DNA of 64,000 bases, taken from Myxococcota bacterium. GTDB taxonomy: Bacteria; Myxococcota_A; UBA796; UBA2385. This document shows, one piece after another, positions 28,358 to 38,860 of this stretch (positions within the stretch are counted from its first letter, which is position 1; the number at the start of each line of letters is the position of its first letter). The position numbers and the translations under genes are program-made. The DNA is taken from NCBI GenBank assembly GCA_044344255.1, contig JBIJDH010000008.1, forward strand, positions 128,001-192,000. Reading direction: 5' to 3'. The notes under the pieces are model-generated. The model was not told the origin of the DNA. It did no database searches and saw only the letters and a program-made list of their open reading frames with translations.

Positions 28358-29569
28358 TCAGGCGCTGAGGCGGTCCACCACGGCGATCACCTCGTCCACC
28401 TGCTCGGCGCTGTTCATCCAGTGCGGCGAGAAGCGGAGCCGGCCGTCCGGCAGGGCCACCGAGATCCCCGCCGCCTCGAGGCCCGCCTTCCAGCGCAGCA
28501 CATCCTCGCCGCGCGGGGGGAGCACCGAGAGGATCCCCGAACGCCCGGCCGCCCCAGGGGAGCGCAGGCTCACCCAACCCCGACCGACGAGCCCGGCCTC
28601 GAGGGTGTCGAGCAGCCCGCTCACATGCTCGAAGACGGCCGGGACCGAGAGCGCCTCGATGGGCGCGAGGCCCGCCTCCAAGGCCGCGAAGCCCACCGCG
28701 TTCCGGGCGCCGCCCTCGAGCATGTCGGCTCGTCGCCGGATGGGGCGATCGGAGCGCAGGTGGCCCGCTCCCTTGAAGAGGAAGTCCACCGGGTCTTCAT
28801 GGCTCAACCAGCCCGCCATCCGCGGGACGAGGGACGCCTCTCGCCCCGGCGCCACCCAGGCGAATCCGCAGCCTTCGAGGCCCATCAGCCACTTGTGCGC
28901 GCCCGCGACGAGGTAGTCGATGCCCAGCGCCGGCGCGTCGAGGGGAACGACGCCGAGGGCCTGGATGCCGTCCACGAAGAGCTCGGCGCCGGCCGCATGG
29001 GCCAAGCCGGCCAGCTCCCCGAGGGGCATGCGGAGCCCGGTGGAGAACTGCACCGCGCTGACGGCGATCAGCCGTGCGCCGCCACCGATGGCCCGCTCTA
29101 CGTCCGAGAGGCCGCTCCCGTCGACAAAGCCGTGGAGGGGGAGCCGGATCAGCTCCAGGTCGAAGGTGCGGGCCGCCTGCTCCCAGGGGGTCACGTTCGC
29201 GGGGAACTCCCCTTCGAACAACACGACCCGGTCGCCGCGCAGCCAGGGCAGCGAGAAGGCGATGTCGCGCACCCCCGCCGTCGTGCCCTCTGTCAGCGCG
29301 ATCTCCGCCGCGCTCCCCCCGACCAGCTGCGCCAGCCCAGCCCGGATGCGCTCGCGCTGACCGATCCAGGCGCCGATCGCCCCGATACCCTCCCGCGCGT
29401 AGCCCACGACCAGCTCGGACACGGCGGCTTCGACCAGTGAAGATGCAGGAGATACGCCCGCATGATTGAAGTATACGCCCTCCCGAAGCCGCGGGAAGAG
29501 GCGACGGTCGCCCAATCGGAGGTCGGGGGGGACGGTCGGCTGCGGGGCGAGGGAGGGTGCGGCGTGCAT
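28358..29569 (-). CDS. Aminotransferase class V (cysteine desulfurase/IPN epimerase-like)
   Basis: YFNHAGVSP, EFPAN, VDGIQ, GAHKWLMG, RFSPH. Confidence 0.9.
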   Translation of the reverse strand: MHAAPSLAPQPTVPPDLRLGDRRLFPRLREGVYFNHAGVSPASSLVEAAVSELVVGYAREGIGAIGAWIGQRERIRAGLAQLVGGSAAEIALTEGTTAGVRDIAFSLPWLRGDRVVLFEGEFPANVTPWEQAARTFDLELIRLPLHGFVDGSGLSDVERAIGGGARLIAVSAVQFSTGLRMPLGELAGLAHAAGAELFVDGIQALGVVPLDAPALGIDYLVAGAHKWLMGLEGCGFAWVAPGREASLVPRMAGWLSHEDPVDFLFKGAGHLRSDRPIRRRADMLEGGARNAVGFAALEAGLAPIEALSVPAVFEHVSGLLDTLEAGLVGRGWVSLRSPGAAGRSGILSVLPPRGEDVLRWKAGLEAAGISVALPDGRLRFSPHWMNSAEQVDEVIAVVDRLSA

Positions 29570-29803
29570 GCACACTCCCTGCCCGTCTCCGTCTCAAATT
29601 GCAAATCCAGGCCCGCTCCCTTGGCCGCAACACCCGACTGCGAATTACCATTCCCCACCGGGTCAGCTCCCGGCGGCCGGTGACCCCTCGCGCTCGCAAG
29701 GGGCTTGCAAACAGGTCGCTGGCACCGTAAACCCGAATCATCCACCGACTTGTCCTTCCACCAGGTGGTTCGTCCACCAAAGATTCTCCTCGGAGGTCCC
29801 TCG

Positions 29804-30433
29804 ATGAAGCGCCTTTCCCTGGTCACACTCGCCTTCGCCGGCTTCTCCATCCTTGCCTGCGCGGGCGGCGACGACGGCACCGCCACCGACGAGGGGGGCG
29901 AAGAGGAAGAGGGCGAGGAGATCGAAGCCGAAGATCTCCCCGAGATCGCGATCACCGAGCCCTGGCGCAGCATGAACCTGCCCCTGAACGACGGTCAGGT
30001 CGTGCTCTCCGATTCCAACGTCTTCCTGGCCGCCTACGACGCCGCCACCGTTCAGGGCCTCACCAACTCCTGGCCCGCTGCGGTCGAGGGCAAGGGCTGG
30101 GACAAGAGCTGGGACGGCTCTGACCCCACCTTCACCGTGATCATCTACACCAAGAAGGGCGGCACCCAGCAGCTCGGCCTCGCCATCGGCCAGGACGAGT
30201 CGGCTCCCGGCGTCACCTTCGTGTACCTCGAAGACCTCGACAAGGTCCCCGAGGGCGAGTCCACCGTGAAGTCGGCCAAGTCCGGCAAGCGGAAGATGGC
30301 TCGCACCAACACCTACAAGAGCAACCAGGCCACTCGCAACAGCCACAAGCGCAGCGGCGGCGGCACCAGCAAGAAGAGCGGCGGAAAGGGCGGCGATAAG
30401 AAGGGCGCCAAGAAGGGCAAGAAGCACGACTGA
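29804..30433 (+). CDS. Hypothetical lipoprotein with Lys-rich tail
   Basis: GGAGG RBS, ILAC lipobox. Confidence 0.8.
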   Translation: MKRLSLVTLAFAGFSILACAGGDDGTATDEGGEEEEGEEIEAEDLPEIAITEPWRSMNLPLNDGQVVLSDSNVFLAAYDAATVQGLTNSWPAAVEGKGWDKSWDGSDPTFTVIIYTKKGGTQQLGLAIGQDESAPGVTFVYLEDLDKVPEGESTVKSAKSGKRKMARTNTYKSNQATRNSHKRSGGGTSKKSGGKGGDKKGAKKGKKHD

Positions 30434-30555
30434 GCCGAGACGCGCACCTCCACGGGCGCGCTCCCCCAACACGGCCGGCCCTCATCACCTGAGGCGCCGG
30501 CCGTTCCACTTCGCGGCGCGTCGATCGGCGCCGAGCGCAGGAGCCGGTCCGCCCG

Positions 30556-31005
30556 ATGTCCTCCAATGAACCACCCCTGTGGATGGCGCCGATCGTCGCG
30601 ATCGGCTTCCCCTTGGTGTTCGCGCTGTGGTGGAGCACGGTCGTCTGGATCATCTCGCGTGTCAGCGGCTGGTCCGCCCTCGCGGCCGCCTATGGCACCG
30701 ACCGACCCCTCCCCGATGACCACGTCTCCTTCGCCTCGGGGCGGATGCGGTGGGGCGCTCGGTACAACAACTCGCTCCACCTCGCGGCCACGGCCGAAGG
30801 GCTCTTCATCGACGTCTTCACGCTGTTCCGCCCCGGCCACGGGCGCCTCTTCATCCCATGGGGAGAGCTCCGCGCCACCGACGAGCGCGTGATGTTCGTG
30901 ATGCCGGCGCTGCGGCTGCAGAACCAGCGCGTGCCCGGCGTCCCCCTCGTGCTCTGGTCCGCCGACGCGCTGGCCCTCGTCCGCGCCCACCTGCCCGCCG
31001 CCTGA
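30556..31005 (+). CDS. Hypothetical membrane protein
   Basis: N-terminal TM helix, SGWSALA and LFIPW motifs. Confidence 0.75.
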   Translation: MSSNEPPLWMAPIVAIGFPLVFALWWSTVVWIISRVSGWSALAAAYGTDRPLPDDHVSFASGRMRWGARYNNSLHLAATAEGLFIDVFTLFRPGHGRLFIPWGELRATDERVMFVMPALRLQNQRVPGVPLVLWSADALALVRAHLPAA

Positions 31006-31087
31006 GGCCGCCCGTCGGGCAGAGCGCGGCGGCAGAGCCCTCGAACGGCCCGCGCGTGCTACCCTGCCCCGCCTGCCGGAGAAGGAC

Positions 31088-32521
31088 TTGAAGCCCACCC
31101 ACGACCCGTTCCACAGCGAAGCCCTCGGATACGCCCCGCCGGGCAAGACGATCCTGGGCCACCCCATCGGGCTCTTCGTCCTCTTCTTCACCGAGATGTG
31201 GGAGCGCTTCTCCTACTACGGCATGCGCGGCCTGCTGCGGGCCTACATGGTCTACTACCTCTTCTCCTCGGCGAACCTGCTCAAGTACCCCGAGGAGGCG
31301 CCGACCGTCACGGGGGACCCCACCGACCCCATGGGCGTGCTGGGCTTCAGCTTCTTCCGGGGGATCTACTCCGAGGGCTCGGTCAACGACATGGCGTCGA
31401 GCCTGTACGGGCTCTACACGGCCCTCGTGTACGCCACGCCCTTCTTCGGCGGCCTCATCGCCGACCGCTTCCTCGGACAGCGAAAGTCCGTGGTCGTAGG
31501 CGGCATCATCATGGCTGTCGGCCACTTCGTGATGGCCTCCGAGCAGCTCTTCTTCGTGGCGCTCGGGATGCTCATCATCGGCAACGGCTTCTTCAAGCCG
31601 AACATCTCGACCCAGGTGGGTGACCTCTACCCCCCCGGAGATGCCCGCCGCGATGGCGCCTTCACCATCTTTTACATGGGCATCAACCTCGGGGCCTTCA
31701 TCTGCAACCTCGTCTGCGGCACCCTCGCCGCGGTCTACGGCTGGCACTGGGGCTTCGGGGCGGCAGGCGTGGGCATGGTGCTCGGGCTCGTCGTCTACCT
31801 CCTCGGCCGCAGCACCCTCGCCCCCGAGAAGCCCCGCGCCGTCAAGCAGAACAACGCGGGCTCCACGGAGCCCCTCACCGGCGAAGAGTGGAAGCGGATC
31901 GGCGCGCTGGTCGTGCTCTTCCTCCTCAACATCACGTTCTGGGCAGTCTACGAGCAGCAGGGCAACACGCTGCAGGCCTGGGCCGACACTCAGACCGTCT
32001 GGCCCAAGATCGGCGACTTCCAAATCCCGGCCAACTGGTACCAGTCGTTCAACCCGGGAGTCATCATCTTCCTGGCGCCCCTCCTCGACATGTTCTGGGG
32101 CTGGCAGAAGGAGCGCGGCACGGAGCCCTCGAGCGTCTCGAAGATGGCCCTCGGCTCCATGCTGCTCGGCGTCTCCTTCATCGTGATGGTGGTGGGCGCC
32201 CAGCTCGTGGGCGACGGCAAGGGCAGCCTGTTCTGGCCGCTCTTCTGCACCTTGATCCTGACCGTGGGCGAGCTCTACCTCTCCCCGATCGGCCTCAGCC
32301 TCGTCACCAAGGTCTCGCCGGTGCGCATCGTCTCGATGATGATGGGCATGTGGCTGGGGTCGAGCTTCATCGGCAACTACCTCTCCGGCTGGCTCGGCAC
32401 CTTCTACGACGACATGACCAAGCCCGCCTTCTTCGGCATGCTGTCGGCGATCGGCTTCGCCACCGGCTTCGCGATGTGGGCCTTCAACCGCCCCCTCAAG
32501 CGGGTCATCGGCGGACACTGA
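31088..32521 (+). CDS. POT/PTR proton-dependent oligopeptide transporter
   Basis: EMWERFSYYGM, GGLIADRFLG, FKPN, FYMGINLG, ELYLSPIG. Confidence 0.96.
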   Translation: MKPTHDPFHSEALGYAPPGKTILGHPIGLFVLFFTEMWERFSYYGMRGLLRAYMVYYLFSSANLLKYPEEAPTVTGDPTDPMGVLGFSFFRGIYSEGSVNDMASSLYGLYTALVYATPFFGGLIADRFLGQRKSVVVGGIIMAVGHFVMASEQLFFVALGMLIIGNGFFKPNISTQVGDLYPPGDARRDGAFTIFYMGINLGAFICNLVCGTLAAVYGWHWGFGAAGVGMVLGLVVYLLGRSTLAPEKPRAVKQNNAGSTEPLTGEEWKRIGALVVLFLLNITFWAVYEQQGNTLQAWADTQTVWPKIGDFQIPANWYQSFNPGVIIFLAPLLDMFWGWQKERGTEPSSVSKMALGSMLLGVSFIVMVVGAQLVGDGKGSLFWPLFCTLILTVGELYLSPIGLSLVTKVSPVRIVSMMMGMWLGSSFIGNYLSGWLGTFYDDMTKPAFFGMLSAIGFATGFAMWAFNRPLKRVIGGH

Positions 32522-32545
32522 GCGCGTCGAGGCGGAGGGGCGCCG

Positions 32546-33328
32546 ATGTCTGCCCGTGAGCGGCCGGCCGGCCAGGAGGGAGCGCTCTCCTGGATCTGGA
32601 GCGGCTACGACAAGAAGAGCGCGGGGGCCCTGGTCACCGTGCTCTGTGTCTACGTCGCGGTCGGCTACCGCTGGCAGCACCTGATCGACCCCTCCAGGGG
32701 CATGGACTGGCTGCTCGCAGGCATCTGGACCTTCATGACCTTGCTGTTGATCTGGCGGCTCGACACCCGCCAGGATCTGCGGCTCGTCTTCGTGGGCCTC
32801 GTCGGCGGCGCGGTCATCGAGTGGTGGGGCACGACGACGACGCTCTGGTGGTATTTCACGGCGGAGCGCCCCCCGCTGTGGATCATCCCGGCCTGGCCCA
32901 CCGCCGCGCTGACCATCCACCGTCTGCCCTCGCTCATCGGGCGCGCCTGGCCGGGTATCGAGCGCCTCGGCCGCGCCTACTGGCTGGCCTTGCCCCTCTT
33001 CTGCCTCGCCATGACCCGCTTCTTGTGGCCGACGATCCACGTCCTGTCGAGCCAAGTGGTGGTGCTGCTCATGATCGGCGTGATCTTGGTGGGGGCGCGG
33101 CCGAACCGCGACTTCTCCATCTTTGTCACCGGCACGATGCTCGGCTTCTTCCTCGAATATTGGGGGACGAGCCGCCACTGTTGGACGTACTACACCCGAG
33201 AGATCCCGCCGGTGGAGGCCGTGTTCGCCCACGGATTCGCGGCGGTGGCCTTCGCCCGCATGGACCAGCTGCTCGTGTGGGTCATCGGGGGCGGCCCCTT
33301 CAAAAGACCAGCACCAGCCCGCCCGTGA
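32546..33328 (+). CDS. Hypothetical polytopic membrane protein
   Basis: Internal duplication of ExWGT..WxYxTxExPP motif, several TM helices. Confidence 0.75.
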   Translation: MSARERPAGQEGALSWIWSGYDKKSAGALVTVLCVYVAVGYRWQHLIDPSRGMDWLLAGIWTFMTLLLIWRLDTRQDLRLVFVGLVGGAVIEWWGTTTTLWWYFTAERPPLWIIPAWPTAALTIHRLPSLIGRAWPGIERLGRAYWLALPLFCLAMTRFLWPTIHVLSSQVVVLLMIGVILVGARPNRDFSIFVTGTMLGFFLEYWGTSRHCWTYYTREIPPVEAVFAHGFAAVAFARMDQLLVWVIGGGPFKRPAPARP

Positions 33329-34160
33329 GCAGGCCCGCCCCGAGGCCGAGGCCCCAGAGGGCGCGATCGCGCGGGCCGTGGACCTCCTCGTCGAGGAAGC
33401 GGGTGTCACCCCGATGGTCTCCGGTGGGGTCGTCGCGGAGCGCGGCGTAGTCGTCATAGTTGCGGTAGGCCAGCCCGAGCTGCCAGCCCCCGAGCGCCGC
33501 GCTGACGGCCCCCGCGCCCAGCAGGGACAACCCCAGCGCGCGCGGGGGCCGCGAGGCCGGCTCCGCCTGCGGCGGGGATACCGGCTCATCCACGCGCGCC
33601 TCCGTCACCCACGTCGCCCCCGTCGCCCCCGTGAAGGGGCTGAGGGTGACGGGGAGCTCGGTGTTGAGGCCCATCCGCACGGTGACCCAGCGGTTGATCG
33701 GCAGGTAGCCCGGGGCGGAGAGGGAGACCCGGAAGGTGCCGCAGGTGAAGGAGACGGGGACCTCGGTGATGCCGGGCACCGTGTCACCGTCGACCCAGAC
33801 ATCGGCGTCGGGCGGGGTCGGCGACACCCGCAGCGTGCCTCCGCTCGGGATGAGGGGGAGGTCGAGCGGCGTCGTCTCTCCGTTTCGCACGACCACGTCG
33901 GCTTCGCCGACGCTGCACTCGCCGAGCAGGCGCAGGTGGTGCGGCCCGGCGGAGAGGCCGGTGAGCGTGGAGGGGCTGCGCAGACCGCTGTCGAGGCCAT
34001 CGACGAAGATCCGCGCCCCGGGCGGATCGGAGCGGAGCTCGACCCGCCCCGCGGCGTGGGCTTGCCCGCCGAGCGAGAGCGCCCCCGCGAGGAGGCAGGC
34101 CCGGGGCGCGCGCGGCGCCCGCGCAGGGGGAGGGCTCGAGGGGGGGGCTCCGGTCCGCAT
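33300..34160 (-). CDS. PEGA domain protein
   Basis: SDPPGARIFVDG..SP and TPPDADVWVDG repeats, C-terminal hydrophobic helices. Confidence 0.85.
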   Translation of the reverse strand: MRTGAPPSSPPPARAPRAPRACLLAGALSLGGQAHAAGRVELRSDPPGARIFVDGLDSGLRSPSTLTGLSAGPHHLRLLGECSVGEADVVVRNGETTPLDLPLIPSGGTLRVSPTPPDADVWVDGDTVPGITEVPVSFTCGTFRVSLSAPGYLPINRWVTVRMGLNTELPVTLSPFTGATGATWVTEARVDEPVSPPQAEPASRPPRALGLSLLGAGAVSAALGGWQLGLAYRNYDDYAALRDDPTGDHRGDTRFLDEEVHGPRDRALWGLGLGAGLLTGGLVLVF

Positions 34161-34355
34161 CAGGGCCCGACTGTACTCGGGAGGGGGGAGGGCCACAAGC
34201 ACCGGCCCGCCCGAGGCTCCGCCACGCCCGCCCGCTCGCCCGAGGCGGGGGGCGGGATAGTCCACCACCCAACGACCGCACCGCCGGTCGGGGCGCGTCG
34301 CCGAAGGCGGTCCCCCGCCGCGGCGCTCCTCCACGCGGTTCAGCGAGGGACAGCC

Positions 34356-35807
34356 ATGGCACAGCTCACTCAGGGCCCAGGACGGCAGCGCGGCGACGAC
34401 ATGCGGAGCGTGCTGCGGCAGGCCCTGCAGATGTCGGCGGGCGCGGCGGCGAACGAGCCTGGCGAGCTCGTGGAGCTCCGCTACCACAAGAAGGTCTTCC
34501 GCAGCGTCTCCGTGCTGGCCGGTCGGGTCGAGCGCAGCACGAACCGGCACCGCGAGGGCGTCGGCGTGCGCGTCCTCTCCCGCGGCACCTGGGGCTTCGC
34601 CTCCACCGGTGACGCCAGCGTCGGCGCCATCCGCACGGCCATCGATCGCGCCCGCCGCGCCGCCCGCGCCACCGCCGCCTTCCGCAGCGCGCCCCTGCCC
34701 TCGCTCCCGGCCGTTGACCTCGCGGTGGGCGACTTCGAGGAGCCCGGCGTGGAGGAGATCCTCGGCCGCAGCGCCGAAGAGCGGCTCTCGCTCGCGATGG
34801 GCCTCGAGTCCGAGGTGCGCCGCTCAAGCCCGCAGATCTGCAGCGCCACCGGGACCTACAACGAGATCTACGAAGAGAAGGCCGTGGTCACGAGCGACGG
34901 GGCGGACTGCGCCTGGCGGCTGGTGCGCCCCGAGCTCTCCGTGTCGGCGGTGGCAGAGCGGGACGGCCAGCGCACCGACGTCGCCGAGTCGATCGGGGTC
35001 ACGGGCGGCTGGGACTGCCTCTTCCGCACCGCCCCCGCCGCCCTGGCCGAGCGCGCCGCCGCCTCCGCGATCGACCTCCTGAGCGCCCGCACCGCCGAGG
35101 GCGGCCGGGCGAAGATCATCCTCTCCCCCTCGCTCGTCGGCCTGCTGGTGCACGAGGCCATCGGCCACACCGTCGAGGCCGACTTCGTGCACGCGGGCTC
35201 CGTGGCCAAGGGCAAGCTCGGCCAGCGCGTAGGCAGCGAGCTCGTCACCCTGGTCGACTCGGGGCACAGCGAGCACCACAAGGGGGCCGGCGGCACCATC
35301 CCCGTCGATGACGAGGGCGTGCTCAGCCAGCGCACCGTGGTGATCGAGCGCGGCATCCTCAAGAGCTACCTGCACAACCGGGAGTCGGCGGCCCGCGACG
35401 GCCTGCCCCCCACCGGCAACGCCCGGGCCTGGGAGTACGCCGACCAGCCGCTCATCCGCATGCGCAACACCTGCATCGAGCCCGGCACGGCCTCCCTCGA
35501 GGAGATGATCGCGAGCACCGACGAGGGCTTCCTGCTCGAGGGCCCCCGCAACGGCCAGGCCGACTCCACCGGCGAGTTCATGTTCGGGGTACGGGCGGCC
35601 CGGCGCATCCACAAGGGCAAGGTGGGGGAGCTGCTCCGCGGCGTGACCGTCACCGGCAACGCCTTCGAGGTGCTCGAGAGCGTAGACGCGGTCTCGACAG
35701 AATTCCAATGGGACCTCGGCTCGGGCCACTGCGGCAAGGGGCAGCCCGCCAAGGTAGACGCCGGCGGCCCCTGGCTCCGCTGCAGCGCCATGCTCGGGGG
35801 TGTCTGA
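34356..35807 (+). CDS. tldD: TldD family metalloprotease
   Basis: HEAIGH, DDEGV, TGNARA, IRMRNT, CGK. Alternative start at 34401. Confidence 0.9.
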   Translation: MAQLTQGPGRQRGDDMRSVLRQALQMSAGAAANEPGELVELRYHKKVFRSVSVLAGRVERSTNRHREGVGVRVLSRGTWGFASTGDASVGAIRTAIDRARRAARATAAFRSAPLPSLPAVDLAVGDFEEPGVEEILGRSAEERLSLAMGLESEVRRSSPQICSATGTYNEIYEEKAVVTSDGADCAWRLVRPELSVSAVAERDGQRTDVAESIGVTGGWDCLFRTAPAALAERAAASAIDLLSARTAEGGRAKIILSPSLVGLLVHEAIGHTVEADFVHAGSVAKGKLGQRVGSELVTLVDSGHSEHHKGAGGTIPVDDEGVLSQRTVVIERGILKSYLHNRESAARDGLPPTGNARAWEYADQPLIRMRNTCIEPGTASLEEMIASTDEGFLLEGPRNGQADSTGEFMFGVRAARRIHKGKVGELLRGVTVTGNAFEVLESVDAVSTEFQWDLGSGHCGKGQPAKVDAGGPWLRCSAMLGGV

Positions 35808-37186
35808 TGGGACAGCCCCCGGCCCCCGACCTCTCCGACGACCCCCTCTTCCAGCGCGAGCGGTCCGAGCTGCTCGACCTCTGTGAGGCGGGCGTCCTCG
35901 CCGCCCGGCGGGGCGGGGCCGACGAGGCCGAGGTCTACACCCTCCGCTCCCGCAGCACCGAGGTGACCTTCCTCGCCGGAGACCTCGACCAGGTCAAGCT
36001 CAGCGACGAGACCAGCTTTGGCGTGCGCGTCTTCGTCGGCGAGCGCCTCGGCTTCGCCACCGGCAACCGGCCCGAGCAGCTCCAGGCGGTGGTCGCCGAG
36101 GCCGTCGCCGCCGCGCGTGTCTCCCCGGCCGACCCCCGCAACCGCCTCCCCGAGCTCGCCGGGAGCCCCGCGGCCTGCTCCCCCGTCGACCTCTCCCTCC
36201 GCAGCCTCGACGCCGGGGCCCTGGCCGCCCTCGTCCGCAGGCTGGTCGACCGGGTGCGGGAGCGCGATCCGCGCGTCGTCATCGACAACACCGCCGTCGA
36301 GACCCGAGAGACCCTGCGCGCCATCGCGAGCAGCCAGGGCGTGCGGGCGGCCGCCGCCTCGGGCTCGGCCGGCGGTTACCTCTTCGGCATGGCGGTGAGC
36401 GAGGAGGGCGTCGCGAGCTTCTTCGACGACCACGACTCCGTCCAGCAGCTCGACCGCCTCGAGCCCGCCCTGCTCCTCGCCGCCGACCGCTTCGTCGACA
36501 AGTGTGTGCGGGCGACGGGCGCAGGCAAGGGGGAGAGCTTCCGCGGCCCCCTCCTCCTGCCCGCAGAGTGCTTCGAGGAGCTGCTGCTCGGCGCCCTCGT
36601 CTCGATGCTCGGCGCCGACGTCGTGCGCCAGGGGCGCTCCCCCTTCCGAGGCCGCCTGGGCGAGCGAATCGCCGCCCCCGGCTTCACCCTCACCGAGGGT
36701 GGGGCCGGCCTCCCCGGCTACCCCTTGGCCCCCTTCGACCGAGAGGGGACGCCTCGGGCGCGCCGCGCCCTCGTCGAAGACGGGGTGCTCCGGAGCTTCC
36801 TCACCGACGGGGCCGAGGCCCGCACCCTCGGCCTGCCCTCGGGCGGCCACGCCACCGGGGGCGCCTCCGACCTCCCGCGGGTGGGCGCCTCCTCGCTTGA
36901 GGTGGCGGCGGGCCCCTCTCCCCTGCCCACGCTCTCGAAGGGCCTGCTCGTGAGCCGCTTCTCGGGCTCGACGAACCCGGTGAGCGGCGACTTCTCGGGG
37001 GTGGTGAAGGGCGGGCTCTTGATCAGCGGCGGCGAGCAGCGGCCGGTCAAGGAGACCACCATCGCCGGCAACCTCTGGACCGCCCTGCACGCGATCTCCC
37101 ACATCTCGAGCGAGCGCGAGCTGCAGGGCGGCACCCGACTGCTGCCCTCGGTCATCCTCGAGGACATCGCCGTGTCGGCGGGCTGA
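35807..37186 (+). CDS. pmbA: PmbA/TldE family protein
   Basis: PFDREG, NPVSGDFSG, TIAGN. TGATG-coupled to tldD. Confidence 0.88.
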   Translation: MGQPPAPDLSDDPLFQRERSELLDLCEAGVLAARRGGADEAEVYTLRSRSTEVTFLAGDLDQVKLSDETSFGVRVFVGERLGFATGNRPEQLQAVVAEAVAAARVSPADPRNRLPELAGSPAACSPVDLSLRSLDAGALAALVRRLVDRVRERDPRVVIDNTAVETRETLRAIASSQGVRAAAASGSAGGYLFGMAVSEEGVASFFDDHDSVQQLDRLEPALLLAADRFVDKCVRATGAGKGESFRGPLLLPAECFEELLLGALVSMLGADVVRQGRSPFRGRLGERIAAPGFTLTEGGAGLPGYPLAPFDREGTPRARRALVEDGVLRSFLTDGAEARTLGLPSGGHATGGASDLPRVGASSLEVAAGPSPLPTLSKGLLVSRFSGSTNPVSGDFSGVVKGGLLISGGEQRPVKETTIAGNLWTALHAISHISSERELQGGTRLLPSVILEDIAVSAG

Positions 37187-37226
37187 GCGGCGCCTCGCGA
37201 GGTTAGGCATGCGCGCAGGAGCACAC

Positions 37227-37676
37227 ATGCCGATCATCGACGATGTCTCGAACCAGATGAAGGACGCGATGCGGGCCAAGGAGTCCGCACGCCTGATGGC
37301 GCTGCGCAACATCCGCTCCGCCTTCATCGTGGCCATGAAGAAGGACGGCGCGGACACCCTGACCGACGCGCAGTGTGTCGACAGCCTGCGCAGCCTCGCC
37401 AAGCAGCGGAGGGACTCCATCGAGGCCTACGAGGCCGCCCAGCGCCCAGACCTCGCGGACCCCGAGAAGGCCGAGCTCGCGGTGATCGAGGGCTTCCTCC
37501 CGGTTCAGGCGGGCGAGGAGCAGGTGCGGGCCTGGGTGGTCGAGGCGATCGCCGCCACGGGGGCGACCACGCCCGCCCACGTCGGCAAGGTGGTGGGCGC
37601 CGTGCTCAAGGCCCACAAGGCCGACGTCGACGGCGGCGTCGTGAAGGCGATGGCCACGAGCCTCCTCGGCGGCTGA
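37227..37676 (+). CDS. GatB/YqeY domain protein
   Basis: MKDAMRAK, KQRRDSIEAY, GKVVG. Confidence 0.93.
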   Translation: MPIIDDVSNQMKDAMRAKESARLMALRNIRSAFIVAMKKDGADTLTDAQCVDSLRSLAKQRRDSIEAYEAAQRPDLADPEKAELAVIEGFLPVQAGEEQVRAWVVEAIAATGATTPAHVGKVVGAVLKAHKADVDGGVVKAMATSLLGG

Positions 37677-37743
37677 CCGCCGTCGCAGACTTTCTCGCGC
37701 GCGCTGTCCCCCTTCCCGGGGGGGGCCCGGGTCTCAGAGGGCG

Positions 37744-38331
37744 ATGATCCCCCTCCCCGCCCTCCCGGAGCCGCTGACGATGCCCGCCTCGGCCACCGAT
37801 CCCTCGCCCCGCCTCGCCCAGGGCCGGAGCGGGCCAGGGGAGGCGGAGCGGGCCTTCGAGGCGCTCCTGGCCGAGCAGGCCGGCCCGATGGCGGCGCTCG
37901 CCACCCGCCTGCTCGGCGACGCCACAGAGGCCCACGACGTGCTCCAGGAGGCGTGGGTCCGCGCCTGGTCGCACCGGGACGCGCTCCGCGAGCCCGGCGC
38001 CCGCGTGGGCTGGCTGCGCTGCATCGTCGTGCGCGAGTGCTGGCGGGCCCTCCGCTGGCGCCAGCTCCGGCGCTGGCTGCCCTTCGGCGAGGCGGTGCCA
38101 GACCTCCCCGTCCCCTCCGACCCTGACCACGCCCTCGACGCCGCCCGCGTCCGCCGCGCCGTCGCGGCCCTCTCGCCGAAGCAGCGCCTCGTCTGGGGCC
38201 TCCGCCACGACGAGGGCTGGACGATCCCCGAGATCGCTGCGGCCACCGACCTCTCCAGCGAGACGGTCAAGACCCACCTCTCCCGCGCCCTCTCCGCGCT
38301 GCGCGCCGCCCTGGAGCCCCACCATGCCTGA
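37744..38331 (+). CDS. ECF RNA polymerase sigma factor
   Basis: DVLQEAWVRAW, EIAA..TVKTHLSRA. Confidence 0.9.
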   Translation: MIPLPALPEPLTMPASATDPSPRLAQGRSGPGEAERAFEALLAEQAGPMAALATRLLGDATEAHDVLQEAWVRAWSHRDALREPGARVGWLRCIVVRECWRALRWRQLRRWLPFGEAVPDLPVPSDPDHALDAARVRRAVAALSPKQRLVWGLRHDEGWTIPEIAAATDLSSETVKTHLSRALSALRAALEPHHA

Positions 38332-38860
38332 GGCCACCGCCCGCTCCCCCGCTGATCCCCGCCCAGCCGACTGTCTCCCCGTCGAGGCCGCCCTCGCCCT
38401 GGGCGAGCCCCTCGACCCGTCGGGCCAGGCGCACCTCGCCGCCTGCCCGCGCTGCACGCGGTCCGCCGCCCTCCTCCGCCTCTCGCGGTCTCCGCTCCCG
38501 GCGGTCCTGCCGGCGGCCCCCACCCTCCCCACGCTGCGGGCCCAGGCGAGCGTGGCACGGCGACGGCAGGCCGGCCTCCGGGGCGCCCTCGCCCTCGCCG
38601 CGCTGGCCCTGCTCACGGTCGCCGTCCGCGAGAGCACCCTCGACCCGGAGGCTGGAGCGCCCACCGACCCGGTCACGGCCCGGGCACCCGACCCCGCCGC
38701 CCTCCACGACGGCACCGCGGACCTCATGGAGGGCCTCGACCTCCTCAACGGTGAGGCCGACGAGGACTCACTCCTCGACGACTTCGCCCTCCTCGACCCC
38801 TACCCGAGCGAAGAGCTCGACGACCCGACATCCACCCTCTTCGGAGCAAGGAGCCTATGA
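38324..38860 (+). CDS. Zinc-finger (ZAS) anti-sigma factor
   Basis: HLAACPRC plus TM helix, overlaps the sigma gene. Confidence 0.75.
   Translation: MPEATARSPADPRPADCLPVEAALALGEPLDPSGQAHLAACPRCTRSAALLRLSRSPLPAVLPAAPTLPTLRAQASVARRRQAGLRGALALAALALLTVAVRESTLDPEAGAPTDPVTARAPDPAALHDGTADLMEGLDLLNGEADEDSLLDDFALLDPYPSEELDDPTSTLFGARSL

Noticed and set aside
34356..37186. TldD/PmbA as part of a RiPP cluster
   Set aside because: No precursor, YcaO or other maturase nearby. This is a common housekeeping pair.
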